From: Snowella sp.
Lineage (GTDB): Bacteria; Cyanobacteriota; Cyanobacteriia; Cyanobacteriales; Microcystaceae
Direction of reading: 5' to 3'
Assembly: GCA_035285545.1 (NCBI GenBank)
Contig: JAYKGY010000104.1
Coordinates: 64,001 to 128,000 of the forward strand
DNA length: 64,000 bases
Position numbers and translations under genes: made by a program. The notes below the pieces were generated by a model. It was given only the letters and a program-made list of their open reading frames with translations, did no database searches and had not been told where the DNA came from. Shown here one piece after another: positions 18,730 through 29,367 of this stretch. Every line of letters starts with the position of its first letter. Position 1 is the stretch's first letter.

Positions 18730-19950
18730 CTAACTATTGGGGACATTAGGAGAAGCCGTTGTGTTTTTGATCCCCAAAGCATCGCTGGCCGAAAAACCAT
18801 CTCCTTGAAACCCAAAATACCAAAGGGCTGCCGCGGCTTCACTCCTGGTTACCGATTTCTTGGGTTGCAAAAGGGTGGTATAGCCAAAGACGCGACGGAT
18901 ATTTGCCTGCTCTCCGTTTTGAAAATCACCATAAATCGCCCGCCAGCTTTTCGGATCAATTTTAGCGGTATCTTGAAAGCCCCAAGTTTCTTTCAGATTG
19001 TCTATTGAAGCTGTCGGTAGGGCTTTGCGGGTATCTAAAGGAACTTTCCACGCAATTAATTCCTCTCGCTTGAGTGGCGTGTCAGGACGAAAAAGAATAG
19101 CACTCGAATCATTGGTTAAAGGGGAAGGAATTAATCCGGCTTCGGCCAGACCCTGAATACTGGGAAAATCGGGATCGGTCGCAGGAACATCGCTAAAGGC
19201 AGGAGAGCTATTTTTGTCTCCTAATCGAATTTGCTTACCGGGAGAGGTTGCATAGAATTGATTATTGGCCGCGACTAGCCAGCGAGCATATTCTCGTCGA
19301 GTGATTGGCGTATTCGCTTGAAAGTTATTGCCTGTTTTGGGGCTGATTACTCCCAAATTTCCTAAATCCTGAATATAGCCCTGTAAGGGTTGAGAAATTT
19401 GATTAATGTCGTCAAAGGTAACGGGTTCATTGGTTGTCGTTCGATTGGGATCGGCGATCTCGTTTGGAGAGGGTTGAGCCGATTGGGTAGTCGAATCCGT
19501 TCGTAAATAATCTAGGGTAAATCGGGTTTGACGATCCTCGGTAAAAGGCGTAACCGTTACCTGTAACCCGTTTTTTTGAGCCGTAACCGCCCGATTGGGA
19601 TTATCTTCACGGGAAAGAATTTCCCAACCATCGGCGCGGAATTGTCGTTCATAAAATACCGTGATGGCATTCATTGGATCGATCGATGACCAACGGGTTT
19701 GACCGCGATCGCGAGTGGCATCTGGACTAATTTTTTCTAAGGTTGCATTATAGTAGCGGGGAATTTCATCGGGTAAATTTTCGGCAGAAACACTAGGGGA
19801 GGGGGTGTCCGTGGAGGTAACAGTCGCGTTTGGGGAATTTTGTAAGGAGGGGTCAGCCGCCAGACGATTTTCAAAAAATTGGCTGCCGCTACAGCCTGTT
19901 AGTGTCGCAAAGGAGAATAAACCGACTACAAGCGCAACTTTTTTAATCAT
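18730..19950 (-). CDS. S-layer homology (SLH) domain lipoprotein
   Basis: Lipobox LTGC; SLH motifs FDDI, PITRREYA, FSDVP, FRPDTPLKREE, VTRSEAAA. Confidence 0.85.
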   Translation of the reverse strand: MIKKVALVVGLFSFATLTGCSGSQFFENRLAADPSLQNSPNATVTSTDTPSPSVSAENLPDEIPRYYNATLEKISPDATRDRGQTRWSSIDPMNAITVFYERQFRADGWEILSREDNPNRAVTAQKNGLQVTVTPFTEDRQTRFTLDYLRTDSTTQSAQPSPNEIADPNRTTTNEPVTFDDINQISQPLQGYIQDLGNLGVISPKTGNNFQANTPITRREYARWLVAANNQFYATSPGKQIRLGDKNSSPAFSDVPATDPDFPSIQGLAEAGLIPSPLTNDSSAILFRPDTPLKREELIAWKVPLDTRKALPTASIDNLKETWGFQDTAKIDPKSWRAIYGDFQNGEQANIRRVFGYTTLLQPKKSVTRSEAAAALWYFGFQGDGFSASDALGIKNTTASPNVPNS

Positions 19951-21188
19951 TTTGCCGACTGGACTTGACTTATCCATTGTTTAAAGGCAACCGTTAATTG
20001 GGTAAATTTTTTAAGGAAGTAAGGATAAATTCCTCCATACATTTTATCAAATTTATAATTAAACAAAATTTCCATCACATCTGCTAATTTTAAATATTTA
20101 AAATACGATACGCCTAGATCAATTTTCTCATCTGAATAATCCAAGTAAACTTTACGATTTATTTTTTCAGAAAAATTCCACTTATCTTTAAAAATTGACT
20201 TCATTTCTTCTTCATAAGCCGTAAAGCTATTGGCTTGATTCTTTAAATACCGTTGAATATGGGAAACCGCTACTTCAGCCCCTTTCATTCCGTGACGAAT
20301 CCCTTCTCCGCCTAAAAAGTTAACCGTTGAAACCGCATCTCCAACCGCAATAATATTATCTTTAAAATAAAGATCACTTAAACCACTGGAATACTCCAAC
20401 GCGGAACCATGAACATCAACTAGCTGGTACTGATTTTGAGTTAATTTTAAATAGTCATCAATAATACTTTGGGTATAGCTTTTTAACGGCTTCAAGGTTT
20501 TTAAATATTTATGGGGAGCATCAATCCAGGCAGAGCCAATTTTAAGTTGATGGTGATCCATCGGAAAAATCCAAGAATAGCCCCTCGGACTCCAACGATA
20601 CCCCAGAAAAAAGACCAGGGAATCAGCATAGCGGTGATGGGTCTGCTCATCCACTTGAATTAAATATTCAATGCCACTGGCTTTATAAAAGGTCGGACGA
20701 GTCTTTTTATTCGGATAAATCACGGCTCTGGCGTAACCCGTTGCATCCACCACCACCTGGGTCATGAGGGGAACTCTTTCTCCCCCGCGTTTTTTCACAT
20801 AAACAATCGTTCTGCCTGCCACCTGCTCATAATGAAGATAGCGATAGCCTAACCAAACCTGTCCTCCCCGTTGAGTGACCCGATCAGCGAGAAATTGCCG
20901 TAGTTTAGCAAAATCAAACACGACCCCTAAATTGGTTTCCGATTCCCAGCAATGGTAAACATTAGTACTGACGAGTTCTAATTTTCGCCAAAATTGAGCG
21001 ACGACTTCCTTGGGCAGATCAAACTGCTGGAGGATTTCTAACGGACTCGCCGCACTAGAGTAATTGTTTTTCGTAAACGATTCATGCTGTTCGACTAAAA
21101 GAACCTGATAGCCGGCTTTTGCTAATTGACCGGCACAATATCCACCTGCGGGGCCGGCTCCGATTACCACGACATCAAATTTTTGCAT
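19947..21188 (-). CDS. Geranylgeranyl reductase family FAD-dependent oxidoreductase
   Basis: DVVVIGAGPAG, VVDATG, GYSWIFP, VGDAVSTVNFLGGEGIRHGM. Confidence 0.88.
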   Translation of the reverse strand: MQKFDVVVIGAGPAGGYCAGQLAKAGYQVLLVEQHESFTKNNYSSAASPLEILQQFDLPKEVVAQFWRKLELVSTNVYHCWESETNLGVVFDFAKLRQFLADRVTQRGGQVWLGYRYLHYEQVAGRTIVYVKKRGGERVPLMTQVVVDATGYARAVIYPNKKTRPTFYKASGIEYLIQVDEQTHHRYADSLVFFLGYRWSPRGYSWIFPMDHHQLKIGSAWIDAPHKYLKTLKPLKSYTQSIIDDYLKLTQNQYQLVDVHGSALEYSSGLSDLYFKDNIIAVGDAVSTVNFLGGEGIRHGMKGAEVAVSHIQRYLKNQANSFTAYEEEMKSIFKDKWNFSEKINRKVYLDYSDEKIDLGVSYFKYLKLADVMEILFNYKFDKMYGGIYPYFLKKFTQLTVAFKQWISQVQSAK

Positions 21189-21203
21189 AGCACTACGACA
21201 GAA

Positions 21204-22247
21204 TTACGATTGCAGAGATATCAGATCGGTGGGGGTAACGGCTCCTTTTTCGGTAATGATGGCCGTAATTAAGCTATTGGGCGTAACGTCAAAAGCAGGA
21301 TTATAAAAATCCACACCTTCAGGACAAAGCCGTGTCTCGCCCACTTGATACACTTCGCTGGGATCGCGTTCTTCGATAGGGATTTGGGTTCCGTCGGTCA
21401 AATCAAAATCAATAGTAGACAGGGGAGCGGCAACAAAAAAAGGAACGTTGTGCATTTTGGCAATCACAGCGAGGCCATAGGTGCCAATTTTATTGGCTGT
21501 ATCCCCATTAGCGGCAATGCGATCTGCCCCCACCACTACCGCATCAATTAGTTTTTTCTGCATACAGTGGGCGGCCATGTTGTCGGTAATCAGGGTAACG
21601 GGGATTTGTTCTTGGACGCATTCCCAAGCGGTTAATTTTGCACCTTGCAGACGGGGACGGGTTTCATCGACATAGACACGGTTGAGTCGCCCTGCTGACC
21701 AGGCGGAACGAATTACCCCTAAAGCCGTTCCATAGCCGGCGGTGGCCAAGGCTCCGGCATTACAGTGGGTTAAAAGGGTTAATTTTTCTGGATTTTGGGG
21801 TAAAACTTCTAGTCCGCGATCGCCGATTGCCTGACAGGTTTGGATATCCTGTTGTTGAATTTCTTGCGCTTTAATCAATAACTGTTGCTTAATAGTGGAA
21901 ACAGTATCACCGCTGCCATAGGCCGTTTTCAGCATTTCCCGAATGGCCCAAAATAAATTTACCGCTGTCGGACGGGTATGGCGTAATTCCTCGGCAACTT
22001 TTTCCAATACTGCTAAAAAATCTTCTGTTTCTTCCGCATAAATATCTCTCGCTCCCAAATACATCCCATAGGCTGCTGCCACCCCAATGGCCGGCGCACC
22101 TCGGACAATCATGGTTTTAATGGCCTCGGCCATTTGTTGATAATTAACAATCTCGATCTGCTGAAATTCCATTGGCAAGCGAGTTTGATCAATTAACAGT
22201 ACCCGGTCATGCTGCCAAGTTACGGGGTAAATTGAATTTGCTGCCAT
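21204..22247 (-). CDS. mtnA: S-methyl-5-thioribose-1-phosphate isomerase
   Basis: [50 protein letters not shown]. Confidence 0.97.
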   Translation of the reverse strand: MAANSIYPVTWQHDRVLLIDQTRLPMEFQQIEIVNYQQMAEAIKTMIVRGAPAIGVAAAYGMYLGARDIYAEETEDFLAVLEKVAEELRHTRPTAVNLFWAIREMLKTAYGSGDTVSTIKQQLLIKAQEIQQQDIQTCQAIGDRGLEVLPQNPEKLTLLTHCNAGALATAGYGTALGVIRSAWSAGRLNRVYVDETRPRLQGAKLTAWECVQEQIPVTLITDNMAAHCMQKKLIDAVVVGADRIAANGDTANKIGTYGLAVIAKMHNVPFFVAAPLSTIDFDLTDGTQIPIEERDPSEVYQVGETRLCPEGVDFYNPAFDVTPNSLITAIITEKGAVTPTDLISLQS

Positions 22248-22387
22248 TGTTAAAACCCGTTATTGAATGATGAGTTACCCGATAAAACAACCGAAGCGTT
22301 GTCTATTCAACCCTTGAGTATAACTTGTATTATTGACGATTGATTGCTAAAAATAAATTGCAGAAATCGGTAATAATTTCTTCAGGC

Positions 22388-23593
22388 TTACTGGGGAGCA
22401 GTAAATCCTTTCAGCGATCGCGCTTTTTGTTCTGGGGTTAATCCTTTAGCTTGCAGTAAAACACCAAACTTGCCTAATCCCCTGGGATCAATGAGTTGAT
22501 GTAGCGCATCACGACGTTGCATAATTTCCAAAATATTATATTTGCCGCTAGAAAGGTCAACTAAGCGATCGCCTAATCCCAAACTCATTAAAAATAGCCC
22601 CTGTTGAGTAAACGCTAATTTGTCTAATCCGAGCGATTTGCCGTAATTTTCAAGGGTCGTAAAATCTACATGAGCCGTTAAATCTTGTAATCCGACATTA
22701 ACATAGGGATCAGAATGTAAACGGTGTTGATAATAGCATTGTAGGGTTCCTTGACTCCGTTGAGGATGATAATATTGAGTCGCTAGATAACCGTAATCAA
22801 TCGTTAATAAATAGCCTTGTTTTAGTTTTTTATTAACCGTTTTTAACCAGTCCAAAGCTTGTAAATTGACTTCAGTTCGATAGCCTTCAGGATAATTGTC
22901 TGTATTAAAATCAATGTTTAAATTTTGAAAATAATCTAATATTTTAAGGGTAGATAACCCATCAATCACTTCAACCCATTGCCCTGAAGATTCGCTCACA
23001 TAAATTTCCTGTAGTTTATTCTCTTTCCAAATAACTTGATGTACAGGAAAAGCATCCACTAATTCATTACTAAAAAAGCAACCTGTCATTGAATCATCGT
23101 CAATGTCCGACCAGCTATTCCAATTAATTGGAATTCCTTTATCTAACCAAGGCTTTAATAACTCTTTTTGTTTCTCAATTAATGCGGTTGATTCTTCAAC
23201 AATACTATATTCAATAGTGCTGAATAAATCAAAATAGTTAACTTGCCAATAACTTAAAATATCATTCGCTAAATTTCCTAAGCCTGCACCCATTTCTATT
23301 ACTTGAAACGGTTGAGGAGAATTTAAAACTGACGCAATTTCGGCTAACTGTTCCGCTAATAATTCCCCAAAATCAGCCCCCAAAGAAACCGAAGTGAAAA
23401 AATCCCCTGCTTTGCCAATTCCAACTTTCCCCGAACTATAGTAACCTTCTGTGGGATGATAGAGCGCAAGTTCCATGAATTCAGCAAAAGTAATCCGTTT
23501 TTCAGGACTTGCTTGAATTTGATTTTGAATAACTTCTTCTAGGGTTGATAAATTTTTCACTCTACCATCCGATAAGGGACTCGCACTCACCAT
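22388..23593 (-). CDS. SAM-dependent methyltransferase, MidA/NDUFAF7 family
   Basis: FAEFMELALY...GYY, GDFFTS, IEMGAG.G, SNELVDAFPV, IDYG, QDLTAHVDF. Confidence 0.93.
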   Translation of the reverse strand: MVSASPLSDGRVKNLSTLEEVIQNQIQASPEKRITFAEFMELALYHPTEGYYSSGKVGIGKAGDFFTSVSLGADFGELLAEQLAEIASVLNSPQPFQVIEMGAGLGNLANDILSYWQVNYFDLFSTIEYSIVEESTALIEKQKELLKPWLDKGIPINWNSWSDIDDDSMTGCFFSNELVDAFPVHQVIWKENKLQEIYVSESSGQWVEVIDGLSTLKILDYFQNLNIDFNTDNYPEGYRTEVNLQALDWLKTVNKKLKQGYLLTIDYGYLATQYYHPQRSQGTLQCYYQHRLHSDPYVNVGLQDLTAHVDFTTLENYGKSLGLDKLAFTQQGLFLMSLGLGDRLVDLSSGKYNILEIMQRRDALHQLIDPRGLGKFGVLLQAKGLTPEQKARSLKGFTAPQ

Positions 23594-23662
23594 TTAATCC
23601 CGACCTTGACAAATAAAGGCCACATTACCGGAGTAATTCAGCAACAGTCGTAAAGAGGACGG

Positions 23663-24517
23663 TTAGGAATGGAGCGGAATTAAAATCAGCGGAATCAAAG
23701 CCAGGGCGAGTAAGACCCAATTGAAGGGTTGATTGCCCATATTAGCGACTTCGGCGGGATCAACTAAGTAATTGATACGGGTAATTAAACGGCTTTCTTC
23801 CTGATGTAAGGCTGCCGCGATCGCGTCAAACTGGGGAAGAACAGGAGTCTGTTGCACGGTTTGGGCAACCACCATCAGGGCTTCTGCCAATAGGAGAGGA
23901 TCAACGTTTTCTGCCGCTTTTTGATCTGCCCGTAGTTCTCGGATAAACAGCAGTTCTTGCCACAGTTCCTCGGTCTGAGGAAGCCAAAAGGTGATCTGAC
24001 GTAGCCACCCCAAACAGAAAAACCAAAAGGTATCTCGATAGTAGGAATGGGCATTTTCATGGGCTAAAACTGCGTCTAAATGCTCTTCATCTAAGGTATC
24101 CAATAACCCCTGACTCATAACAAGTTGAGGATTCCAAAGACCGATTTGGGCACTGTAGGGGAAAGGAGTCTCTAAAATTCGAGTTGGCTGGCTTTTGATC
24201 CAGCTTAGGGGGTACTGCTTCATTTCTTGCAGAGATTGAATCGCTTGCCAGAGGCGATAGGCTCCGAGTCCAACACTCCAGCCCAAAAACGCGATCGCGA
24301 CCCCGTAACTTACCCAACTAGCTCTAAGCCCAAACATCATGCCATCGTACCCCATCGAAATCACGGCAAGGGCAGCCATTAACAAAAATAACGGGGGAAA
24401 TGCAAAACAAAATAGGGATTTTTGCCAAGAAATTTGAGATTTATTCCGAAAAATTGCTGTAATCTCCCGAAATTGGTAAGCTACTAATAACGCAACAATT
24501 AAAATGAGTAGATGCAT
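23663..24517 (-). CDS. M56 family (BlaR1-like) membrane metallopeptidase
   Basis: TM helices; AVLAHENAH zinc motif; RELRAD; directly follows the BlaI-like gene. Confidence 0.9.
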   Translation of the reverse strand: MHLLILIVALLVAYQFREITAIFRNKSQISWQKSLFCFAFPPLFLLMAALAVISMGYDGMMFGLRASWVSYGVAIAFLGWSVGLGAYRLWQAIQSLQEMKQYPLSWIKSQPTRILETPFPYSAQIGLWNPQLVMSQGLLDTLDEEHLDAVLAHENAHSYYRDTFWFFCLGWLRQITFWLPQTEELWQELLFIRELRADQKAAENVDPLLLAEALMVVAQTVQQTPVLPQFDAIAAALHQEESRLITRINYLVDPAEVANMGNQPFNWVLLALALIPLILIPLHS

Positions 24518-24519
24518 AC

Positions 24520-24942
24520 TTAAGGTTTCTCTCCCCGTTGAGAACGAAGGGCTTTTAAGCGGGCGGCGATCGCGTCAAGTTGTTCAATGCTAGCCGTATC
24601 TAAACTATCGGCAAAGGAGGCGACCACATCGGGATTACTAATGGATAAAAATTGCTGTAATTGTTCGTAGGACTTAATCGCTTTAGCCTGTGCCCTAGAA
24701 ACCGTTGCTTTCCATGAGAAGGCTTTACCGTTTTTCTGACAGATTAACCACCCTTTTTGGGTGAGGCGATTTAATACCGTTGTAACCGAAGAATAGGCAA
24801 GTTCGCGATCGGGATTTTCTAAGATCCGCTCATGGATATCCTTAACCGTTGCTACGTCGAGATCCCAAACAATCTGTAGAATCTCGCTTTCTAGGGGGCC
24901 AAGGGAGAGTTGATGGGGTCGATAATTCGGTAAAAAGGGCAT
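24520..24942 (-). CDS. BlaI/MecI/CopY family transcriptional repressor
   Basis: LGPLESEILQIVW...ATVKDIHE...LAYSSVTTVLNRL..KGWL. Confidence 0.93.
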   Translation of the reverse strand: MPFLPNYRPHQLSLGPLESEILQIVWDLDVATVKDIHERILENPDRELAYSSVTTVLNRLTQKGWLICQKNGKAFSWKATVSRAQAKAIKSYEQLQQFLSISNPDVVASFADSLDTASIEQLDAIAARLKALRSQRGEKP

Positions 24943-25051
24943 AAAAAAGAATTGTTAAGCAAATTTAACCAAGAAAAATTAAACCTAACGCTATTATATA
25001 GGCTCAAACTGTCTTTGGATTCGCGGAATGCTTGCTAGAAAAAATGGATCG

Positions 25052-25079
25052 AAAAAAGGTGAGCTATTTTAACTCACCT
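25052..25079 (-). terminator. Probable intrinsic terminator downstream of glpX
   Basis: Minus strand AGGTGAGTT-AAAAT-AGCTCACCT followed by TTTTT. Confidence 0.65.
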
Positions 25080-25141
25080 CGGATTAATTTATGAGCATTG
25101 CTGAATTTAGGCATGAACTCTTTGTTTCGTTAACTGTAATA

Positions 25142-25223
25142 GCCCCCTGAATCCCCCAATACGGGGGGACTTTTAAGCATTGTAATCAGCGATTTCCCAA
25201 AAAAATTGGGAGGCTAGGGGGGC
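25142..25223. repeat. Structured G/C-run dispersed repeat (nested double hairpin)
   Basis: Outer GCCCCCT...AGGGGGGC encloses TCCCCC-AATAC-GGGGGGA and TTCCCAA-AAAAA-TTGGGAG. Confidence 0.6.
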
Positions 25224-25275
25224 AAAACATAGCGTAAATAGGCAACACCCAAAACTATCTGTTTAATTGTTAAAA

Positions 25276-26313
25276 CTAGTTCAACTGAATGACTTTGGGA
25301 GCATCCCATAAATGAACAGTATCGACAAAGCGAGCCGTTTTAGATTGGGTAGATATAACTAAGCTTTGGGTTCTGGCTCCACCGTGGAAGAAACGAACGC
25401 CTTCCATTAAGGTTCCGGGGGTAATCCCACAAGCGGCAAATAAAACGGTTTCGCCACTGGCTAATTCGTGGGTGTCATAGACGCGATCGGCATCAGTAAT
25501 GCCCATTTCTTTTAGACGCGCTAAGTTCCCTTCACGGCTTTCCCCAATTAACCCCGTTTGAACAACCGCAGGGTCATAGATTAATTGACCTTGGAAGTGA
25601 CCTCCTAAACAACGCATGGCAGCAGCAGAGATAACGCCTTCAGGCGCAGCACCGATACCCATCAGAGCATGAATGTTGGTTCCAGAGAAAGCACAAGAAA
25701 TAGCAGCAGAAACGTCACCATCACTGATGAGACGAACCCTGGCTCCCGCGTCACGGATTTCTTGAATGAGTTCTTTGTGGCGGGGACGATCCATGACGAC
25801 AACCACCAATTCTTCCACACTGCGATTGAGGCAATCAGAAAGAATTTTTAAGTTTTCGGTAGCTGATTTATTAATATCAACGTGGCCTTTCGCTGCGGGG
25901 GGAGCCGCTAACTTTTTCATATAAAAGTCGGGAGCCGCGAATAAACCCCCTTTTTCGGAAATCGCTAAGACGGCCATTGATCCGTTTTGTCCGTAGGCAA
26001 CTAAGTTCGTACCTTCGCAAGGGTCAACAGCGATATCAATTTCAACTAATTCGTCGGGGTTGCAATAAGCACTGGCATCTTCACGGGTACAAATCCCCAC
26101 TTCTTCACCGATATAGAGCATGGGAGCTTCATCCCGTTCCCCTTCTCCGATAACGATGCGACCTCTCATGTGGATTCGGTTCATCCGTTCCCGCATGGCT
26201 TCTACGGCAACTTGGTCAGCGATGTTTTTTTCGCCTTTACCCATCCACTTGGAAGAAGCGATCGCCGCCTGTTCCACAACCTCGATAATTTCAAGACCTA
26301 GCGTACTTTCCAC
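25276..26313 (-). CDS. glpX: Bifunctional fructose-1,6-/sedoheptulose-1,7-bisphosphatase (class II FBPase)
   Basis: [46 protein letters not shown] start with GGAGG RBS. Confidence 0.97.
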   Translation of the reverse strand: MESTLGLEIIEVVEQAAIASSKWMGKGEKNIADQVAVEAMRERMNRIHMRGRIVIGEGERDEAPMLYIGEEVGICTREDASAYCNPDELVEIDIAVDPCEGTNLVAYGQNGSMAVLAISEKGGLFAAPDFYMKKLAAPPAAKGHVDINKSATENLKILSDCLNRSVEELVVVVMDRPRHKELIQEIRDAGARVRLISDGDVSAAISCAFSGTNIHALMGIGAAPEGVISAAAMRCLGGHFQGQLIYDPAVVQTGLIGESREGNLARLKEMGITDADRVYDTHELASGETVLFAACGITPGTLMEGVRFFHGGARTQSLVISTQSKTARFVDTVHLWDAPKVIQLN

Positions 26314-26410
26314 GAGTTAATCCTCCCAACTGCTAAATAGGTTTCCCTAGCCTGGATCTGTTTTTTGTTATCAGTCAAAGTCTATCAGAGTCGGGGATCA
26401 CCGTAAAATA

Positions 26411-26435
26411 AAAAATCCCCGTATTAGGGGGACTT
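26411..26435 (-). terminator. Probable intrinsic terminator of the ABC substrate-binding gene
   Basis: Minus strand TCCCC-CTAATAC-GGGGA followed by TTTTT, about 30 bp after the stop. Confidence 0.6.
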
Positions 26436-26464
26436 AGATCGTTAATCACATGAGTCGCAAGTCA

Positions 26465-27814
26465 TTAAGATTTCGGGGAGACTTTATCAATGACCGCGAG
26501 GGAGCCATCGGGCTTGACTGTCCAAACATCATAGCTACCGATCACATCCCCATTGGCATCAATATCGACATTACCGCTAGCCCCTTGATAATTCACAGGT
26601 TTTCCTTCTTTAATCAGAGCAAGGGCTTTACAAGGATCGGTTACTTCTTCCCCTGGCCCGGCGGAAACTTCTCTAATCTTGCTCGCAATTCCTTCTCCCG
26701 TATTGGTCTTAGCGGCTTCCGCTGCCAACATCAATAAAATTGCCGCATCGTAGGTATGGGGCACAAAGGCGGTGATATCCTTGCCTGACTTTTCTTTCCA
26801 AGTTTTGCTAAAGGCTTCAAGGGATTGGCCATTAGCACCTGGAACCGTGCCTAAAGCCCCTGCAATAATGGAATTGCCGTCAGCATCCTTGCCCACTTTT
26901 TTGACAAAATCCTCGGAATAAACCCCATCGGTTAACAATACTGTAACGCCCTTGGTCAAACCTTGTTTGTAAGCGGCTTGGAGTAAAACGCTTCCGGTAT
27001 CGGCATAGAGAACGGCTGCTACTGCATTGGGTTTATTGGCAAACGCTTGGCCAGCCTCGGTGTCTAGGGTTGCAGCTTTAGGATCATAACGAACGGGCTT
27101 ATCTTTATTAATCACCGTTCCCCCATCTTTTGTCGCAGCTTCAACAAAGACTTTTTCAAACCCCACCCCGTAATCATTATTAATTACGACAGTAGAAAGG
27201 TTTTTAAGACCTTTTTGGGCAGCAAGAGCCGCTAACGCTTGCGCTTGGTAGGTATCCGGGGGAGCAGTACGGGCCCAATAGCCTTGGAAGTCACCTTTTT
27301 TCGCCTGTTCGGTAAAGACAGGGCTGGTACTACCAGGAGAAATTAACATGACTTTGTTTTTAACCGCGATGGGAACGGCTGCACTAGAAACGCTACTGGC
27401 AAAAGATCCGATCACTCCCGCCACCTTGTCGGCCTCTGCTAATTTAGTCATCGCTGACGCGCCTGCGGTGGGATCGGTTTGGTCGTCCTCAATAACGAGT
27501 GTTACGGGTTTGCCGTTTACGCCACCACAAGCATTAATCGTATCGACGGCTAATTTTGCTGCAATTGGCATATTTTGACCAATAGAAGATAAATCTCCCG
27601 TTGCAGGTAACAAGGCTCCTAACTTGAGTCCATCGGAAGACCCGCTTGCTCCGGTAGGGGCAGAACCGTCTGTGGGTTGAGTTGAGGTTGTTGGTGAATT
27701 ATTCCCGCCACCTGTACAGGCTGTTAAAAAGCTGGTACTTAAACTGGCTAGCACCAAACTGAGCACAATGGGGGATTTAATTCGACGATTTTTTTTAAAT
27801 GAATTGGATCGCAT
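26465..27814 (-). CDS. natB: Branched-chain/neutral amino acid ABC transporter substrate-binding lipoprotein
   Basis: Lipobox LTAC; LKLGALLPATG, INACGGVNG, EDDQTDP, ISPGSTSP, YQGASG. natB symbol is by resemblance only. Confidence 0.85.
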   Translation of the reverse strand: MRSNSFKKNRRIKSPIVLSLVLASLSTSFLTACTGGGNNSPTTSTQPTDGSAPTGASGSSDGLKLGALLPATGDLSSIGQNMPIAAKLAVDTINACGGVNGKPVTLVIEDDQTDPTAGASAMTKLAEADKVAGVIGSFASSVSSAAVPIAVKNKVMLISPGSTSPVFTEQAKKGDFQGYWARTAPPDTYQAQALAALAAQKGLKNLSTVVINNDYGVGFEKVFVEAATKDGGTVINKDKPVRYDPKAATLDTEAGQAFANKPNAVAAVLYADTGSVLLQAAYKQGLTKGVTVLLTDGVYSEDFVKKVGKDADGNSIIAGALGTVPGANGQSLEAFSKTWKEKSGKDITAFVPHTYDAAILLMLAAEAAKTNTGEGIASKIREVSAGPGEEVTDPCKALALIKEGKPVNYQGASGNVDIDANGDVIGSYDVWTVKPDGSLAVIDKVSPKS

Positions 27815-27916
27815 GGAAAAACTCCTCACGAGTGAAATAGTGATGAGCATCTTAGCAAATCTTCGGCAGTAAATACCGCAGAGTGCTACTTAAAACTTTT
27901 ATTCATCATCATAAAA

Positions 27917-28008
27917 CGGAGAGAGAGGGATTCGAACCCTCGGTACGGCCTTACGAACCGTACAACAGCTTAGCAGGCTGCCGCTTTCAACCACTCAGCC
28001 ATCTCTCC
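27917..28008 (-). tRNA. tRNA-Ser(GCT)
   Basis: GGAGAGATGGCTGAGTGG...GCAGC-CT-GCT-AA-GCTGT, long variable arm, GGTTCGAATCC; CCA not encoded. Confidence 0.97.
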
Positions 28009-28176
28009 AAGCTAACGATTAATCATCATAGCAAATAAGGTCGTCCCTGTGTCAAAAAAGTTTTATTTAAAGACTTTAATCGTTTTAATCGTTAAGTATT
28101 GCTACAGGTCAGTCAGACAGAGGCAAATTGACGATTATGATAAAAAACTTAATATATCTCGTTTGAGGAAAATGCC

Positions 28177-28440
28177 ATGTATTCTACCTTATTACTCGCT
28201 ACAACGGTTCCGGCTACCCTGGAATGGAGTCCCAAAGTGGCGGCTGTGATGATTGCGGCTAATATTATCGCGATCGCGATTGGGAAGTTAACCATTAAAT
28301 ACCAAAATGCGGGCCCTGCTATGCCAGCTTCTAATTTCTTTGGGGGCTTCGGCTTACCCGCAGTTCTAGCAACCACGAGCTTTGGCCATATCTTAGGTGC
28401 AGGAGCGATTCTCGGTTTAGCCAGTATCGGCGCACTCTAA
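28177..28440 (+). CDS. psaK: Photosystem I subunit PsaK
   Basis: WSPKVAAVMIAAN...LATTSFGHILGAGAILGL. Confidence 0.96.
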   Translation: MYSTLLLATTVPATLEWSPKVAAVMIAANIIAIAIGKLTIKYQNAGPAMPASNFFGGFGLPAVLATTSFGHILGAGAILGLASIGAL

Positions 28441-28515
28441 TTTTTTTTAACATCAAAACCCAAGAAATCCTGAAAGATACTCGGTTATGGTTACTTGATC
28501 AACCACTGGGTATCT

Positions 28516-29322
28516 TTAAAATTTTTCACACTGAATTAATAAGTTTTCAATCCCAGCCGCTAGGGTAATTAATTCCGACCAGGAGGAGCCACTGACTAAA
28601 TCTTGGGCATGGGCTAACCGATTGCGTAACTGTTCGGCGGATTTTAAAAAGCGTTCTCCTGCGCGTTTGGATTTTAAACCCAGTTGGCTCAGGAGTTCAG
28701 GATGACATAACACTAAATCTCGTTTATCACAAAATTGCAAATAATCCAGTAAATCGGTGGCTTCGTTGCGATCGCGGCTATCTTGGAACAATTTTTGGGC
28801 GGCTTCTAAGCGATCGGGAGTTAAAATATTTTGCCAAGTCTGAGGGGAATAATAGGAACGAATAAGACGCAATAAATTCATCTCTAACAGCGTTACTAGG
28901 CTAAATAACAGCATTCTGACGGGAGCTTTTTGTAAATCACCTTGGGTAACAATGCCAGTAACAGAATTACAATCTAAAACAAAGAGCCGGGTTTTAGTTT
29001 GTAATAAGGGCAATAATTTAATTAGCGGAGTAGAAACGGCAATTAAATCCAAGGGTTGAAAGGCTTTTTCGTAATCTTTTCCTGATTTTAAATCGCTATT
29101 ATTTAATGCTTCAATTAAAGTTTCTTTTTCGACATAACCTGTAATCACGCCCTCGCTTTCAATCCCCACTACATCAAAATCCTGCTCTTGCATCCACTGT
29201 AAAATATCACTGGCTAAGGTCTGGGCAGGAAAAGCTTTGAGAGATTCAGCGACGTATTCGATAGTAATGCTATTTTCAAATAAACTGCGGAGATCCTGCG
29301 ATCGCGATTTTAACTGTTTCAT
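28516..29322 (-). CDS. CBS-domain-containing protein
   Basis: DFDVVGI...ITGYV and LFVLD..VTGIVT.GDLQK; C-terminal LRNRLAH. Confidence 0.7.
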   Translation of the reverse strand: MKQLKSRSQDLRSLFENSITIEYVAESLKAFPAQTLASDILQWMQEQDFDVVGIESEGVITGYVEKETLIEALNNSDLKSGKDYEKAFQPLDLIAVSTPLIKLLPLLQTKTRLFVLDCNSVTGIVTQGDLQKAPVRMLLFSLVTLLEMNLLRLIRSYYSPQTWQNILTPDRLEAAQKLFQDSRDRNEATDLLDYLQFCDKRDLVLCHPELLSQLGLKSKRAGERFLKSAEQLRNRLAHAQDLVSGSSWSELITLAAGIENLLIQCEKF

Positions 29323-29367
29323 TGCAACACGGAAAAAACTGGATGCTCAAGCTATTGTAAAGCAGTT

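Noticed and set aside
19947..21188. Geranylgeranyl-reductase-like gene as part of the terpene-like operon
   Set aside because: It is about 10 kb away, inside a housekeeping run (mtnA, SLH, SLT, truB), with nothing linking it to the operon.
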